Origin: Macrostomum lignano
Lineage: Eukaryota
Assembly: GCA_002269645.1 (NCBI GenBank)
Contig: NIVC01002970.1
Location: forward strand, 64,299-128,298
Length of the DNA: 64,000 nucleotides
Direction: 5' to 3'
Position 1 is the stretch's first letter. Each line of letters begins with the position of its first letter. The notes below the pieces were generated by a model. The model was not told the DNA's origin and searched no databases. It saw only the letters and a list, made by a program, of their open reading frames with translations. A program made the translations under genes and the position numbers. This document shows positions 1 through 12,409 of this stretch, in pieces.

Positions 1-215
1 TAGAATAATGGGCGCCATTCTTGGAATAGGGGGCGCCATTCTTAGAATAGGGGGCGCCATTCTTGGAATAGGGGGCGCCATTCTTGGAAAAGGGGTGCCA
101 ATCTTGGAATAGAGGGCGCCATTCTTAGAATAGGGGGCGCCATTCTTGGAATAGGGGGCCCTGTTCTTGCAATAGGGGGCGCCAATCTGGGAATAGGGGG
201 GGGGGCATTCTTGGA
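1..215. repeat. 21-bp minisatellite (GGGGGCGCCATTCTTGGAATA), truncated by the window start
   Basis: GGCGCCATTC recurs at 11, 32, 53 and onward with 21-bp period. Confidence 0.9.
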
Positions 216-934
216 GAGAGACTGCTGTCTATTAAAAGCTTCAAAGGATATCGGTATCTTCATAAGACTTTGAGAGAGTTCGCTCGCTGTCCTCAGGACA
301 CACAGTACATGTCTTAATCTCTAGTCTCAGAAGTTCCATAACTTTTCCAAGAAACACTACACCGTACAACTTCTCGCTAACTAACTCAATTTGTGCTGCT
401 CTTCTTAACTAACTTGTGCAAGTTCGAATTATCTTCGACAAAAGATGAGCAGCCAGCGAGTCGTCAAAAAAAACTTCTCCTAGCCTTATGTGACACGAGA
501 GCAACAGAGGATTGAGGTTCAGGGGATTCTGAAAGACAGTAAGAGAGCTTCTTGATGAAGAAGCGAAAGAACTCCCGCAGTTTCAGAGGCCCGGTCCGAG
601 CTTAACTAAAGCTAATCCTGTTATCGCAAATGAGAACCACACGGAGCGAGTGTTCAAAGTCCTTCGAACTTTCTTTCTGTCTGCCTCTTCTGCCTCATCA
701 GTCCATCTTCCCTCGGTGGTGAATTTATCCTCTCGAGTTTTTTGGTGCTCATCTCAGCGTGTCTGATTCGGGTCTCATGCCAGATTTTGATGGCTAGTGG
801 GATTTGAAAAACACATCTACGGAAGTGCGACTTTGAGTCTATTTCAGAGTTTGATTAGAATTTAGATTGAACTAGTAGGAATAAGTGCGACAGATGAATT
901 TGATTTGAAACTGACTGAAAAGGGAAATATTGCC

Positions 935-2790
935 TCACATCACAAACTAATCTGATGTCAATAGAATCGCCTCACAAACTAATCTGATGTCAATAGAATC
1001 GCCTCACAAACTAATCTGATGTCAATAGAATCGCGCCACAAACTAATCTGATGTTAAAAGAATCGCCTCACAAACTAATCTGATGTCAATAGAATCGCTT
1101 TACAAACTAATCTGGTGTCAAAAGAATCGCGCCACAAACTAATCTGATGTTAAAAGAATCGCCTCACAAACTAATCTGATGTCAATAGAATCGCTTTACA
1201 AACTAATCTGGTGTCAAAAGAATCGCCTGGCAAACTAATCTAATGCCAAAACAATCGCCTCACAAACTTTACTGGTGTCAAAAGAATCGCCCCACAAACT
1301 AATCTTATGCCAAAAGAATCGCCTCAAACTAATCTGATGTTAAAAGAATCGCCTCACAAACTAATCTGGTGTCAAAAGAATCGCCCCACAAACTAATCTG
1401 GTGTCAAAAGAATCGCCTCACAAACTAATCTGGTGTCAAAAGAATCGCCTCACAAACTAATCTGATGTCAATAGAATCGCCTCACAAACTAATCTGATGT
1501 CAATAGAATCGCGCCACAAACTAATCTGATGTTAAAAGAATCGCCTCACAAACTAATCTGATGTCAATAGAATCGCTTTACAAACTAATCTGGTGTCAAA
1601 AGAATCGCGCCACAAACTAATCTGATGTTAAAAGAATCGCCTCACAAACTAATCTGATGTCAATAGAATCGCTTTACAAACTAATCTGGTGTCAAAAGAA
1701 TCGCCTGGCAAACTAATCTAATGCCAAAACAATCGCCTCACAAACTTTACTGGTGTCAAAAGAATCGCCCCACAAACTAATCTTATGCCAAAAGAATCGC
1801 CTCAAACTAATCTGATGTTAAAAGAATCGCCTCACAAACTAATCTGGTGTCAAAAGAATCGCCCCACAAACTAATCTGGTGTCAAAAGAATCGCCTCACA
1901 AACTAATCTGGTGTCAAAAGAATCGCCTCACAAGCTAATCTGGTGTCAATAGAATCGCCTCACAAACTAATCTGATGTCAATAGAATCGCCTCACAAACT
2001 AATCTGATGCCAAAAGAATCGCCTCACAAACTAATCTGATGTCAATAGAATCGCCTCACAAACTAATCTGATGTCAAAAGAATCGCCTCACAAACTAATC
2101 TGATGTCAATAGAATCGCGTCATAAACTAATCTGATGTCAAAAGAATCACCTCACAAACTAATCTGATGTCAAAAGAATCACCTCACAAACTAATCTGAT
2201 GTCAAAAGAATCGCCCCACAAACTAATCTAACGTTGAAAGAATCGCCCCACAAACTAATCTGATGTCAATAGAATCACCTCACAAACTAATCTGATGTCA
2301 AAAGAATCGCCCCACAAACTAATCTAACGTTGAAAGAATCGCCCCACAAACTAATCTGGTGTCAATAGAATCACCTCACAAACTAATCTAATGTCAAAAG
2401 AATCGCCTCACAAACTAATCTAATGTCAAAAGAATCGCCCCACAAACTAATCCGGTGTCAAGAGAATCACCTCTCAAACTAATCTGATGTCAAAAGAATC
2501 GCCTCACAAACTAATCTGATGTTAAAAGAATCGCCCCACAAACTAATCTGATGTCAAAAGAATCGCCTCACAAACTAATCTGATGTTGAAAGAATCGCCC
2601 CACAAACTAATCTGATGTTAAAAGAATCGCCCCACAAACTAATCTGATGTTAAAAGAATCGCCCCACAAACTAATCTGATGTTAAAAGAATCGCCCCACA
2701 AACTAATCTAATGTTGAAAGAATCGCCTCACCAACTAATCTGGTGTCAAAAGAATCGCCTCACCAACTAATTTGATATTAGAAAATCGCC
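935..2790. repeat. 32-bp minisatellite (CACAAACTAATCTGATGTCAAAAGAATCGCCT), ~57 units, with an internal ~478-bp higher-order duplication
   Basis: Continuous 32-bp period with degenerate edges; the variant pattern starting near 1023 recurs from about 1501. Confidence 0.95.
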
Positions 2791-3426
2791 CTTAATATAA
2801 TATGAGATAAAAATCGCCTAACAAAAAATATTTGATATAAAAATTGCCTCACAAATCAATCCAAGCCAACAAGCGCGCTATCGAAATCTAACAGTCACAA
2901 GTTCTATTCAGTTATATTTTCCAGAGCTTATTACTTGATAAAAATTCTGCCCAGACAGATTGGTCCGTGAGCGCGTGGGCTCCGACTATAGAATGAAGCC
3001 CTCAGCTCCACAACACACAATCCATCAGCATCATCCCACATGTGGGGATCAGTTTAGTCAAGAATGAGTAGGAAGAGATAGAGGATCTGTGGGAAGTGTG
3101 GCGGGTAGGATTAAACTCTGACAAGTTTGATTTCAAGCCACCCTGTTAATCCAAGGTCTTAGCCGTGGGCATCCTGGCAGTGTGATTGATTATGGTTGTC
3201 ACAGACTGGCCAAACCTGCTCATGACTCTAAAATCAATAAATTAATGCATGAGATATATCTATCAGTCAGTCATATTTTTAAAATTCAGATAAATCTCAT
3301 TCATTAGAGTTAGATAGACTATCGGTCAAAACTGCAACCCTGTCCTGATTGATTGGTTATTAATCAATCATAAAGTCAATCGAATTGCTGCTCATTCACC
3401 TGCGGAGCTGGGATTCAGCTCATAAA

Positions 3427-3797
3427 CATGGATGAATGAATAGAATGGATTGCTATTCTGGCTCTGGCTATTTTCGTTTTTGACTCTTTTGCATCCGGTT
3501 CCCCCCCCGTGCCTTTTCATTGGTTGATGATTGCCATAGACAATTTTCGGCCTTCGCCCCTTTCTTTCGATGCACAAGCGCTTTCGCTCGTGTTTTGAAA
3601 TAAAGGGGGAAGACCTAAAAGCACGATTCGAGAGTCGATTCGTCTACAATAAAAAGGAAAGAAAGGGGCGAAGGCCGAAAATTGTCTATGGCAATCATCA
3701 ACCAATGAAAAGGCACGGGGGGGAACCGGATGCAAAAGAGTCAAAAACGAAAATAGCCAGAGCCAGAATAGCAATCCATTCTATTCATTCATCCATG
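3427..3797. mobile_element. Non-autonomous foldback/MITE DNA transposon, P-superfamily-like (141-bp TIRs, 8-bp TSD)
   Basis: 3427-3568 is the reverse complement of 3657-3797, differing only by a C8 versus C7 run. Both ends start CATG (CATGGATGAATGAATAG). Direct repeat CTCATAAA flanks it at 3419-3426 and 3798-3805. Spacer is 88 bp. Confidence 0.85.
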
Positions 3798-3805
3798 CTC
3801 ATAAA

Positions 3806-3985
3806 GCTCAGAAGTTGAAGGAAATTCCCCATGAAGCTTTTGAAGTTGAAAGAAATTCCCCATGAAGCTTTGAAGTTGAAAGAAATTGCCCATGTAGCTC
3901 AGAAGTTGAAAGAAATTGCCCATGTAGCTCAGAAGTTGAAAGAAATTGCCCAAGAAGCTCAGAAGTTGAAGGAAATTGCCCATGA
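3806..3985. repeat. 30-bp minisatellite (GCTCAGAAGTTGAAAGAAATTGCCCATGTA), ~6 units
   Basis: 30-bp period; explains the LKLKEIAHVAQK repeat ORF. Confidence 0.9.
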
Positions 3986-4930
3986 GATTGACCTTCTAAT
4001 GATCAGGCCTTAAGTTGTTTATCCCGTAAGAATAATAAGCGGCTACCAGTCATTTAGACTGCAATCAAGATTCCCCTATCTTAATCTTAACCTTGATCAC
4101 CTTGATTTCACTGTCTGCCCACTGTCTATTGCTGATAAATAAATATACCTGTTCCCCATCCTGATTCTGTCTGCCCCTCCCCCCCCCCCAAAGCTGTCCT
4201 GTCGTGTCCGGTTTTGTTCCAGTTGAAACGGTGGCCCGTGCCTCTGCTGGTACATAACTATGTGTGTATGCGTGTGTCCATGAATATCTGGCATAAGCAG
4301 TCCCAGGCTTTGCACTTGACTTCAACCATTGCCTAAGGCCCCCCCGTGATCCCAGCATCCGTTTGCTATTTGGCCTTGGCTTATCAGCACTTGTGACTCT
4401 GGGACGAATGCAAGCTCTGGCCAATATTTTTAATCCCTGGCGTGGAAGCGAGCGGTAGACTGAACCGCAGGTGGTCCAGGCCCAAGTCCCCTCAACTCTC
4501 AATTGTTTAGGCGAAAAGAAAATCCTCGCGCTCCTCACTGGTCCAAGGTTGGGAGGGTCCAAGGGCTGGAGCCATCGGATATCGTAGGGGAATTTGGTAA
4601 TCCGACCTACCTTAATCTCCCATTAGATATGTTTTATCTGCCTGTTCAATATCTGTCCCCAATACAGTTTGGAATCTTTTGTGTTTATCCTTTGTCTTCT
4701 GCTTCTGTTGCAGCTGCAGCATCGGTTTTCCTATTTGGGTCAATCAGCCACTTATCAGGGACCCGTCGCCATTAGTAGGCAATTCTATGGCTCGAAGATG
4801 GGTGTTTGACGTCACAGGGACCGCGAATATCTGCGCTTTATTTGGTTAAGATTTGTATTCTAGATAAGCGAACGGGATGAAAGCTTTTTCTTAGAAAGGG
4901 AACTCCAGTAAAAATGGCTCCAGTGTTTTA

Positions 4931-5370
4931 GTGCTGTGCTTGGCGCTCTGTTTGGCGCTATTTTTGGCGCTCTGTTTGGCGCTCTGTTTGGCGCTATGTT
5001 TGGCGCTATGTTTGGCGTTATGGTTGGCGTTATGGTTGGCGCTTTATTTGGCGTTATGGTTGGCGCTATGGTTGGCGCTATGTTTGGCGCTATTTTTGGC
5101 GCTATGGCTGGCGCTATGGTTGGCGCTGTGTTTGGCGCTATGGTTGGCGTTATGGTTGGCGCTTTATTTGGCGTTATGGTTGGCGCTATGATTGGCGCTA
5201 TGGTTGGCGCTATGTTTGGCGCTTTGTTTGGCGCTCTGTTTGGCGCTATGTTTGGCGCTTTGTTTGGCGCTTTGTTTGGCGCTTTGTTTGGCGCTGTGTT
5301 TGGCGCTATGGTTGGCGCTATCTTGGGCGCTTTGTTTGGCGCTCTGTTTGGCTCTCTGTTTGGCGCTTTT
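4931..5370. repeat. 12-bp minisatellite (TTTGGCGCTATG and variants), ~36 units
   Basis: 12-bp period; source of the GALF, LALW and AKQS repeat ORFs. Confidence 0.95.
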
Positions 5371-6224
5371 CATTTCGCCCTTTTTCTAAAGGCTCATTAC
5401 GGTTGATTTGGTCGAAACTGCTTCCCAAGTCGCTAGGACTGCTTGCAAGCAGCAGCAAGCAAAACTTTCAAACGCTATGCGGAAATTGAATAAGTTTCTT
5501 GATCCGGAAGGGAGGAGAACGCTCAGCTCTTTGTTTCTCAACGGCTGGCGGAGAAGTCAAAGCCGAGCTTCTGTTAATCTTCTTTAATCCCCGGGGAGGG
5601 GGGCGGACAAACCAGATTTCTCGTTTCCTCAATCCTCCCTTCTTGAATCAATTTTCGGATAATAATATTAATGCCCAAAGCCCTTGCCCCTGATTTATCA
5701 ATCAGGCCAAGTCACACTCTTCCAGCACTGTAGGGTGAGAGGCGAGTTGGCCCTGTGTTCCAATTTAAAATACCCGGCTGAAGGGAGAACAAAGGAGCAT
5801 CGAGCAGGCCGTCCGTTCTGGGATTTGGGGATATCAATATCGCCCGGGGAAAATTAGTGGCTGGGGGGGGGGTTTCAGACCCCGCGATGTGTCGGTCCGT
5901 TGGTTCGAGCTCCCCTGGATGGGAGAGTGTTGCGATTTGCATAAACAGCTGCGCCACCCCACGTCAGCCAAATCCCAACCAGCACCAGGCCTCTCTAGTT
6001 TGTCTCTGCAGTTCTCCTTTATCCTCCGTTTCCCGTGGGAACGGGACAAGGCAAGGGAGCTCTGAGATCTGGGATCTGGAGCGTGGCAAGCTCAGCGGCT
6101 CCACGAAAAGCTTAGTGAAAGGGGTAACCAAGCTGGATGAATGTCAGAAGGTCAACTTTTGCCACCTTGGGCGTGTCATCCTCCTGACTAGGAGACAGGG
6201 GGTAGGGAAGCCCGTCAAGAGACA

Positions 6225-6590
6225 GGCGCGCCAACCTAGGAGTCAGGGGCGCCAACCTAGGAGTCAGGGGCGCCAACCTAGGAGTCAGGGGCGCCAAGCT
6301 AAGAGACAGTGGCGCTAACCAAGAGACAGGGGCGCCAACCAAGAAACAGGGGCGCCAACCAAGAGACGGGGGCGTCAACCAAAAGAAAGGGGCGCCAACC
6401 AAAAGAAAGGAGCGCCAAGCAAGAGACAGGGGCGCCAACCAAAAGAAAGGGGCGCCAAGCAAGAAACAGGGGCGCCAACCAAAATAAAGGGGCGCCAAGC
6501 AAGAGACGGGGGCGCCAACCAAAAGAAAGGGGCGCCAACCAAAAGAAAGGGGCGCCAATCAAGAGACATGGGCGCCAAGCAAGAGACTTG
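6225..6590. repeat. 20/21-bp minisatellite (GGGGCGCCAACCAAGAGACA)
   Basis: First units are 21 bp, later units 20 bp; GGCGCCAA core throughout. Confidence 0.9.
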
Positions 6591-7249
6591 CCAGACTTCT
6601 ATAACTTAAGGCCTCCTTGTACAAAGCTATCTGACTCCTCGAGCTTTCGCTTCCCGAGACACGTCATAGAAAACCACCCCCAGCCTCCATCATCAACGTC
6701 TCCCATTTTTCCCTTTCCCTTCAATGCGACTTGAACCAATATTCGTCGTCTATAGATTTTGCCCCCAGATCTCCATTTCAAACAAAGACCAGCCCTTAGC
6801 TTCGTTTGAGGGATTTGGGTTTAGGGCTAATATCAAGACTTTTTCCCCATCCGATTCCATTCGTCAATAGCAGCGGCAGATGGCTGGAAACGTCCGGTAT
6901 TGAAGGAGAAAATTGGAAATGAAAATTTTTGGTCCACTTTTTGTCGGCTGTCGCTTCAGTTTTTGCGTTCGGGAATTTGATTTTTTTCGCTTGGCTTCGA
7001 TTCGGCCTTCAATTCCGTTTGTCTGTTAAAAGCCCGGCTGTCAGCTGCGGTTGGGGAGGCTCTGTTGAGTGACATTTTGGAATGAAAAAAAACGGCCATG
7101 AAAATCGTTTGGAGTGAATTGACGAAGTTTTTTTGTTGGGGGGTCCGGCAACTTGAAAGCAGGAGCGTTTGGTGACAGAATGAAGCGTAGGATAGTGGAG
7201 CGGCCTGAGAGCATTGGGAGTGGAGCGATTGTGAATAGATGGATTGTTA

Positions 7250-7960
7250 ATTGAGCGGTTGTGACTAGAGTGATTGTGAATGGATGAATTGTGAATGGAA
7301 GGATTGTGAATTAAAGAATTGTGAATGGGGCGATTGTGAATAGAGGGATTGTGAATGGAAGGATTGTGAATGGAAGGATTGTGAATTGAGGAATGGTGAA
7401 TGGAGGGATTGTGAAATAAAGGATTGTGAAAAGAGGGATTGTGAATATAGGGATTGTAAATAGAAGGATCGTGAATTAAAGGATTGTGAATAAAGACATT
7501 GTGAATGGAAGGAGTGTGAATGAAAGGATTGTGAATTGAGGAATGGTGAATGGAGGGATTGTGAAATAAAGGATTGTGAAAAGAGGGATTGTGAATATAG
7601 GGATTGTAAATAGAAGGATCGTGAATTAAAGGATTGTGAATAAAGACATTGTGAATGGAAGGAGTGTGAATGGAAGGATTGTGAATTGAGGAATGGTGAA
7701 TGGAGGCATGGTGAAATAAAGGATTGTGAAAAGAGGGATTGTGAATATAGGGATTGTAAATAGAAGGATCGTGAATTAAAGGATTGTGAATAAAGACATT
7801 GTGAATGGAAGGAGTGTGAATGGAAGGATTGTGAATTGAGGAATGGTGAATGGAGGGATTGTGAATTAAAGGATTTGTGAATAGAGGAATTGTGAATGGA
7901 GGGGAGGAATTGTGAATGATCGGGTTGTAGATGTAGAGACTGTGAATCGAGGATTGTGAA
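7250..7960. repeat. 15-bp minisatellite (GGATTGTGAATGGAA) with a 150-bp higher-order repeat
   Basis: GTGAA every 15 bp; block GTGAATATAGGGATTGTAAATAG at 7441, 7591 and 7741. Confidence 0.9.
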
Positions 7961-8532
7961 TAAAAGTACTGGACGGCGAATGATGTGAATGTTGTGAATA
8001 AAAGTTAGCTATAAGAAATAATTAAATCAGTGTTGAAAAGTTTTGTTAAAATATATTTTTAAATTTTCAGTTTATGGCTTGAGTCTAAAATTTAAATAGC
8101 GATTCTCGCTAGGTAATCCTGGCTTACTTACTGGTTAGCAAATTTTCCAACCACACAGCCCAGCTGTCGACGGGTTGGCGTGCCAGGGTCATAAATCATC
8201 TTCATAAAACTTATATCTCCGCACAGCGCATCGTCCGAAGGGCCCCGTGTCCCATCCCACCTCTGCCCTCATCGCGAGCCAGTATTGGGAGTGTTTTGCG
8301 TGTGCGCTTTTTCCCAGAAGGGTTACAAACTACCACCTGATCAATCGATCAATCAATCAGCTTATAATAATTTACCTGCCAAATATTCTGGTTTAGGCGG
8401 AACATAAAATCCCGTCGTGTGGAATACATTTTTGAGCAGATCTGCGCGAGCGTTTAGATTTGGGGGGGGGGTATTGAATTGGCATTTATCAGGCTTCACT
8501 TGAAAAATCGGTCTCCCGCGCCTTTAAGTCTT

Positions 8533-9835
8533 CTCCCAGTGTCTCTAAGCCCTATCCCAGTGTCTCTAAGCCCTATCCCAGTGTCTCTAAGCCCTATCCC
8601 AGTGTCTCTAAGCCCTATCCCAGTGTCTCTAAGCCCTATCCCAGTGTCTCTAAGCCCTATCCCAGTGTCTCTAACCCTATCCCAGTGTCTCTAAGCCCTA
8701 TCCCAGTGTCTCTAAGCCCTATCCCAGTGTCTCTAAGCCCTATCCCAGTGTCTCTAAGCCCTATCCCAGTGTCTCTAAGCCCTATCCCAGTGCCAAAGCC
8801 CTATCCCAGTGTCTCTAAGCCCTATCCCAGTGTCTCTAAGCCCTATCCCAGTGTCTCTAAGCCCTATCCCAGTGTCTCTAAGCCCTATCCCAGTGTCTCT
8901 AAGCCCTATCCCAGTGTCTCTAAGCCCTATCCCAGTGTCTCTAAGCCCTATCCCAGTGTCTCTAAGCCCTATCCCAGTGCCAAAGCCCTATCCCAGTGTC
9001 TCTAAGCCCTATCCCAGTGTCTCTAAGCCCTATCCCAGTGTCTCTAAGCCCTATCCCAGTGTCTCTAAGCCCTATCCCAGTGTCTCTAAGCCCTATCCCA
9101 GTGTCTCTAAGCCCTATCCCAGTGTCTCTAAGCCCTATCCCAGTGTCTCTAAGCCCTATCCCAGTGTCTCTAAGCCCTATCCCAGTGTCTCTAAGCCCTA
9201 TCCCAGTGTCTCTAAGCCCTATCCCAGTGTCTCTAAGCCCTATCCCAGTGTCTCTAAGCCCTATCCCAGTGTCTCTAAGCCCTATCCCAGTGTCTCTAAG
9301 CCCTATCCCAGTGTCTCTAAGCCCTATCCCAGTGTCTCTAAGCCCTATCCCAGTGTCTCTAAGCCCTATCCCAGTGCCAAAGCCCTATCCCAGTGTCTCT
9401 AAGCCCTATCCCAGTGTCTCTAAGCCCTATCCCAGTGTCTCTAAGCCCTATCCCAGTGTCTCTAAGCCCTATCCCAGTGTCTCTAAGCCCTATCCCAGTG
9501 TCTCTAAGCCCTATCCCAGTGTCTCTAAGCCCTATCCCAGTGTCTCTAAGCCCTATCCCAGTGTCTCTAAGCCCTATCCCAGTGTCTCTAAGCCCTATCC
9601 CAGTGTCTCTAAGCCCTATCCCAGTGTCTCTAAGCCCTATCCCAGTGTCTCTAAGCCCTATCCCAGTGTCTCTAAGCCCTATCCCAGTGCCAAAGCCCTA
9701 TCCCAGTGTCTCTAAGCCCTATCCCAGTGTCTCTAAGCCCTATCCCAGTGTCTGTAAGCTAGGGCTTTCCAGTGTCTGTATGCCCTGTCCCAGTGTCTCT
9801 AAGCTTTATCCCAGTGTCTGTATGCCTTGTCCCAG
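8533..9835. repeat. Near-perfect 21-bp minisatellite (CCCTATCCCAGTGTCTCTAAG), ~60 units
   Basis: 21-bp period with four 19-bp variant units (CCAGTGCCAAAG) at 8791, 8978, 9375 and 9688. Confidence 0.97.
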
Positions 9836-10619
9836 CATCCTCAATCGAGTAACAGCAAACGCAGTTCTTTATCCATGTCAATTTCATCTCATTCAACAGT
9901 GTCACATAAAAAATGTGACTCATCACCTGAAATCGTGCACTTTTTTAGTCAAGTCCTGCTTTAAAAAGCAGACTGTATGGAAATACTGCATATTGTTAAC
10001 AGAAAACAATAGCATCAATTTTTTGCCTGTTAATCTATTGTTTCAAAATAATTATTACATTGAGAAAATTTCATTGTAAAATCATTTTAAATCAGTCAGT
10101 GGATTTCATTTTTTTCATATCAATTGCTGTTGCGAACCTGTCACAATACATGACTCATCCTACACAGTATCTGGGGATCTTAGAGCTTGACAGATCCCCA
10201 TTTACGATGCGTGTTGAGCCTTGACGACCATCTGATTCCCAAATACATGAATGAAACTGAAGATCAGCTGGAATTTCAACGCTTATAAGCTGGTTGCTAT
10301 GCTGTTTCTGAGTCAAGAAATTTGATCACACAGGCTCACTAGTCCGAGTTAAATGTTAACTTTCCCACTCCTTTTGCATCGATATGTAATCAAAAATTTC
10401 ACAGGTGACCAGCTTGTTGCCAATTGCCCAACCCCTCACCCCCCCATTAGTAAACAGGTGAACCATTGCGAAATCGTTTCTTCCAAAAATAATTTCATGT
10501 CAACTTGACTTTTAACCGGATTGGAACTGCGATTTTTGATCGAGTGATCTCGTTTTAGAAGTCAGTCACGCGCTTCGAAAAATGCCAAAAATTCTGGCGT
10601 AATTTGTTGCGCAGTTTAT

Positions 10620-11087
10620 AGCGCCTAATATGGATATAGTTGGCGCCTGATTGTGATTAGGTTGGCGCCTAATTGGGATTTGGTTGGCGCCTAATTGGGA
10701 TTTGGTTGGCGCCTAATTGGGATTTGGTTGGCGCTTAATTGGGATTTGGTTGGCGCTTAATTGGGATTTGGTTGGCGCCTAATTGGGATTTGGTTGGCGC
10801 CTAATTGGGATTTGGTTGGCGTTTAATTGGGATTTGGTTGGCGCCTAATTGGGATTTGGTTGGCGCCTAATTGGGATTTGGTTGGCGCCTAATTGGGATT
10901 TGGTTGGCGCTTAATTGGGATTTGGTTGGCGTTTAATTGGAATTTAGTTGGCGCCTAATTAGGATTCAGTTGGCACCTAATTGGAATGTAGTTGGCGCCT
11001 AATTAGGATTTAGTTGGCGCCTAATTGGGATATAGTTGGCGCCTATTTGGGATTTGGTTGGCGCCTATTTGGGATTTGGTTGGCGCC
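10620..11087. repeat. 22-bp minisatellite (TTGGCGCCTAATTGGGATTTGG)
   Basis: 22-bp period, ~21 units. Confidence 0.93.
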
Positions 11088-11112
11088 ACAACCGGGACAA
11101 GAGGCTCTGAAA

Positions 11113-11911
11113 TCATGACTGAAGCGCCGAAATCATGACTGAAGTGCCAAAATCATGACTAAAGCGCCGAAATCATGACTGAAGCGCCGAAATCATGACT
11201 GAAGCGCCGAAATTATGACTAAAGCGCCGAAATCATGACTGAAGTGCCAAAATCATGACTAAAGCGCCGAAATCATAACTGAAGCGCCGAAATTATGACT
11301 AAAGCGCCGAAATCATGACTGAAGTGCCAAAATCATGACTAAAGCGCCGAAATCATAACTGAAGCGCCGAAATTATGACTGAAGCGCCGAAATCATGACT
11401 GAAGCGCCGAAATCATGACTGAAGCGCCGAAATCATGACTGAAGCGCCGAAATCATGACTGAAGCGTCAAAATCATGACTAAAGCGCCAAAATCATGACT
11501 AAAGCGCCGAAATCATGACTGAAGCGCCAAAATCATGACTAAAGCGCCGAAATCATGACTAAAGCGCCGAAATCATGACTGAAGCGCCGAAATTATGACT
11601 GAAGCGCCGAAATCATGACTGAAGCGCCAAAATCATGACTAAAGCGCCGAAATCATGACTAAAGCGTAGAAATCATGACTGAAGCGCCGAAATTATGACT
11701 GAAGCGCCGAAATCATGACTGAAGCGCCGAAATCATGACTGAAGCGCCGAAATCATGACTGAAGCGCCAAAATCATGACTAAAGCGCCAAAATCATGACT
11801 AAAGCGCCGAAATCATGACTGAAGCGCCGAAATCATGACTAAAGCGCCGAAATCATGACTGAAGCGCCGAAATCATAACTGAAGCGCCGAAATCATGACT
11901 GAAGCGCCAAA
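11113..11911. repeat. 20-bp minisatellite (AAATCATGACTGAAGCGCCG), ~40 units
   Basis: 20-bp period; directly abuts the 22-bp array. Confidence 0.95.
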
Positions 11912-12248
11912 CTCTTACATAGTAAGACCCCAATCCAATTAATTCAAAGAATGAAAAAAATTGAATTATTCATATTTGAAAAAATCCAAAACCGCCCAAA
12001 TAAATACACAGAGCATGAGGGTCATGGCTCTTCAAATCCTGAGGCAAGATCCCATGGGACTTACAATAAAAAATGTGGAAAAAGAGAGACCAACAACAAG
12101 TTCGAGAAAAGCAAGCCAAGCGTTCTGCGCCGTCACGTTTCTATTGTGTTCTCAAGGACCCAGCAAGATGTTTGATAAATAGCATTTATTAGACCTGCTG
12201 GCTATGGAAGGACTTTAGAATGAAAGATGCGAAGAAAAAGGGATCGGC

Positions 12249-12278
12249 GCCCCAGCCCCCATGGGGTCCGGGTGCTAG
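12249..12278 (+). mobile_element. Possible Helitron 3' terminus (GC hairpin then CTAG followed by T)
   Basis: CCCAGCCCCCATGGGGTCCGGG hairpin followed by TGCTAG|T, with CTAG at 12275-12278. 5' end not located. Confidence 0.35.
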
Positions 12279-12409
12279 TCCAATTGCACAACCAGTATAT
12301 ATAATTGCATATGCAGTCTACAGGACTTACGACTTTGCCCGAGGGGATGGGGCTCCAAGAGAGACGAGGAATTGAGCCAAAATACTCTCTAATTGAAGAG
12401 GGTTATACC

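Noticed and set aside
935-2790. 32-35-bp arrays (also 25322-26300 and 45925-47116) as CRISPR arrays
   Set aside because: Units are head-to-tail with no unique spacers, there are no cas genes, and the context is intron-containing eukaryotic DNA.
4931-9715. Long repeat ORFs (GALF, LALW, SLSPIPV, VSKPYPS) as structural or adhesive proteins
   Set aside because: Unit lengths divisible by 3 keep several frames open at once; there is no signal peptide, unique domain or splice context.
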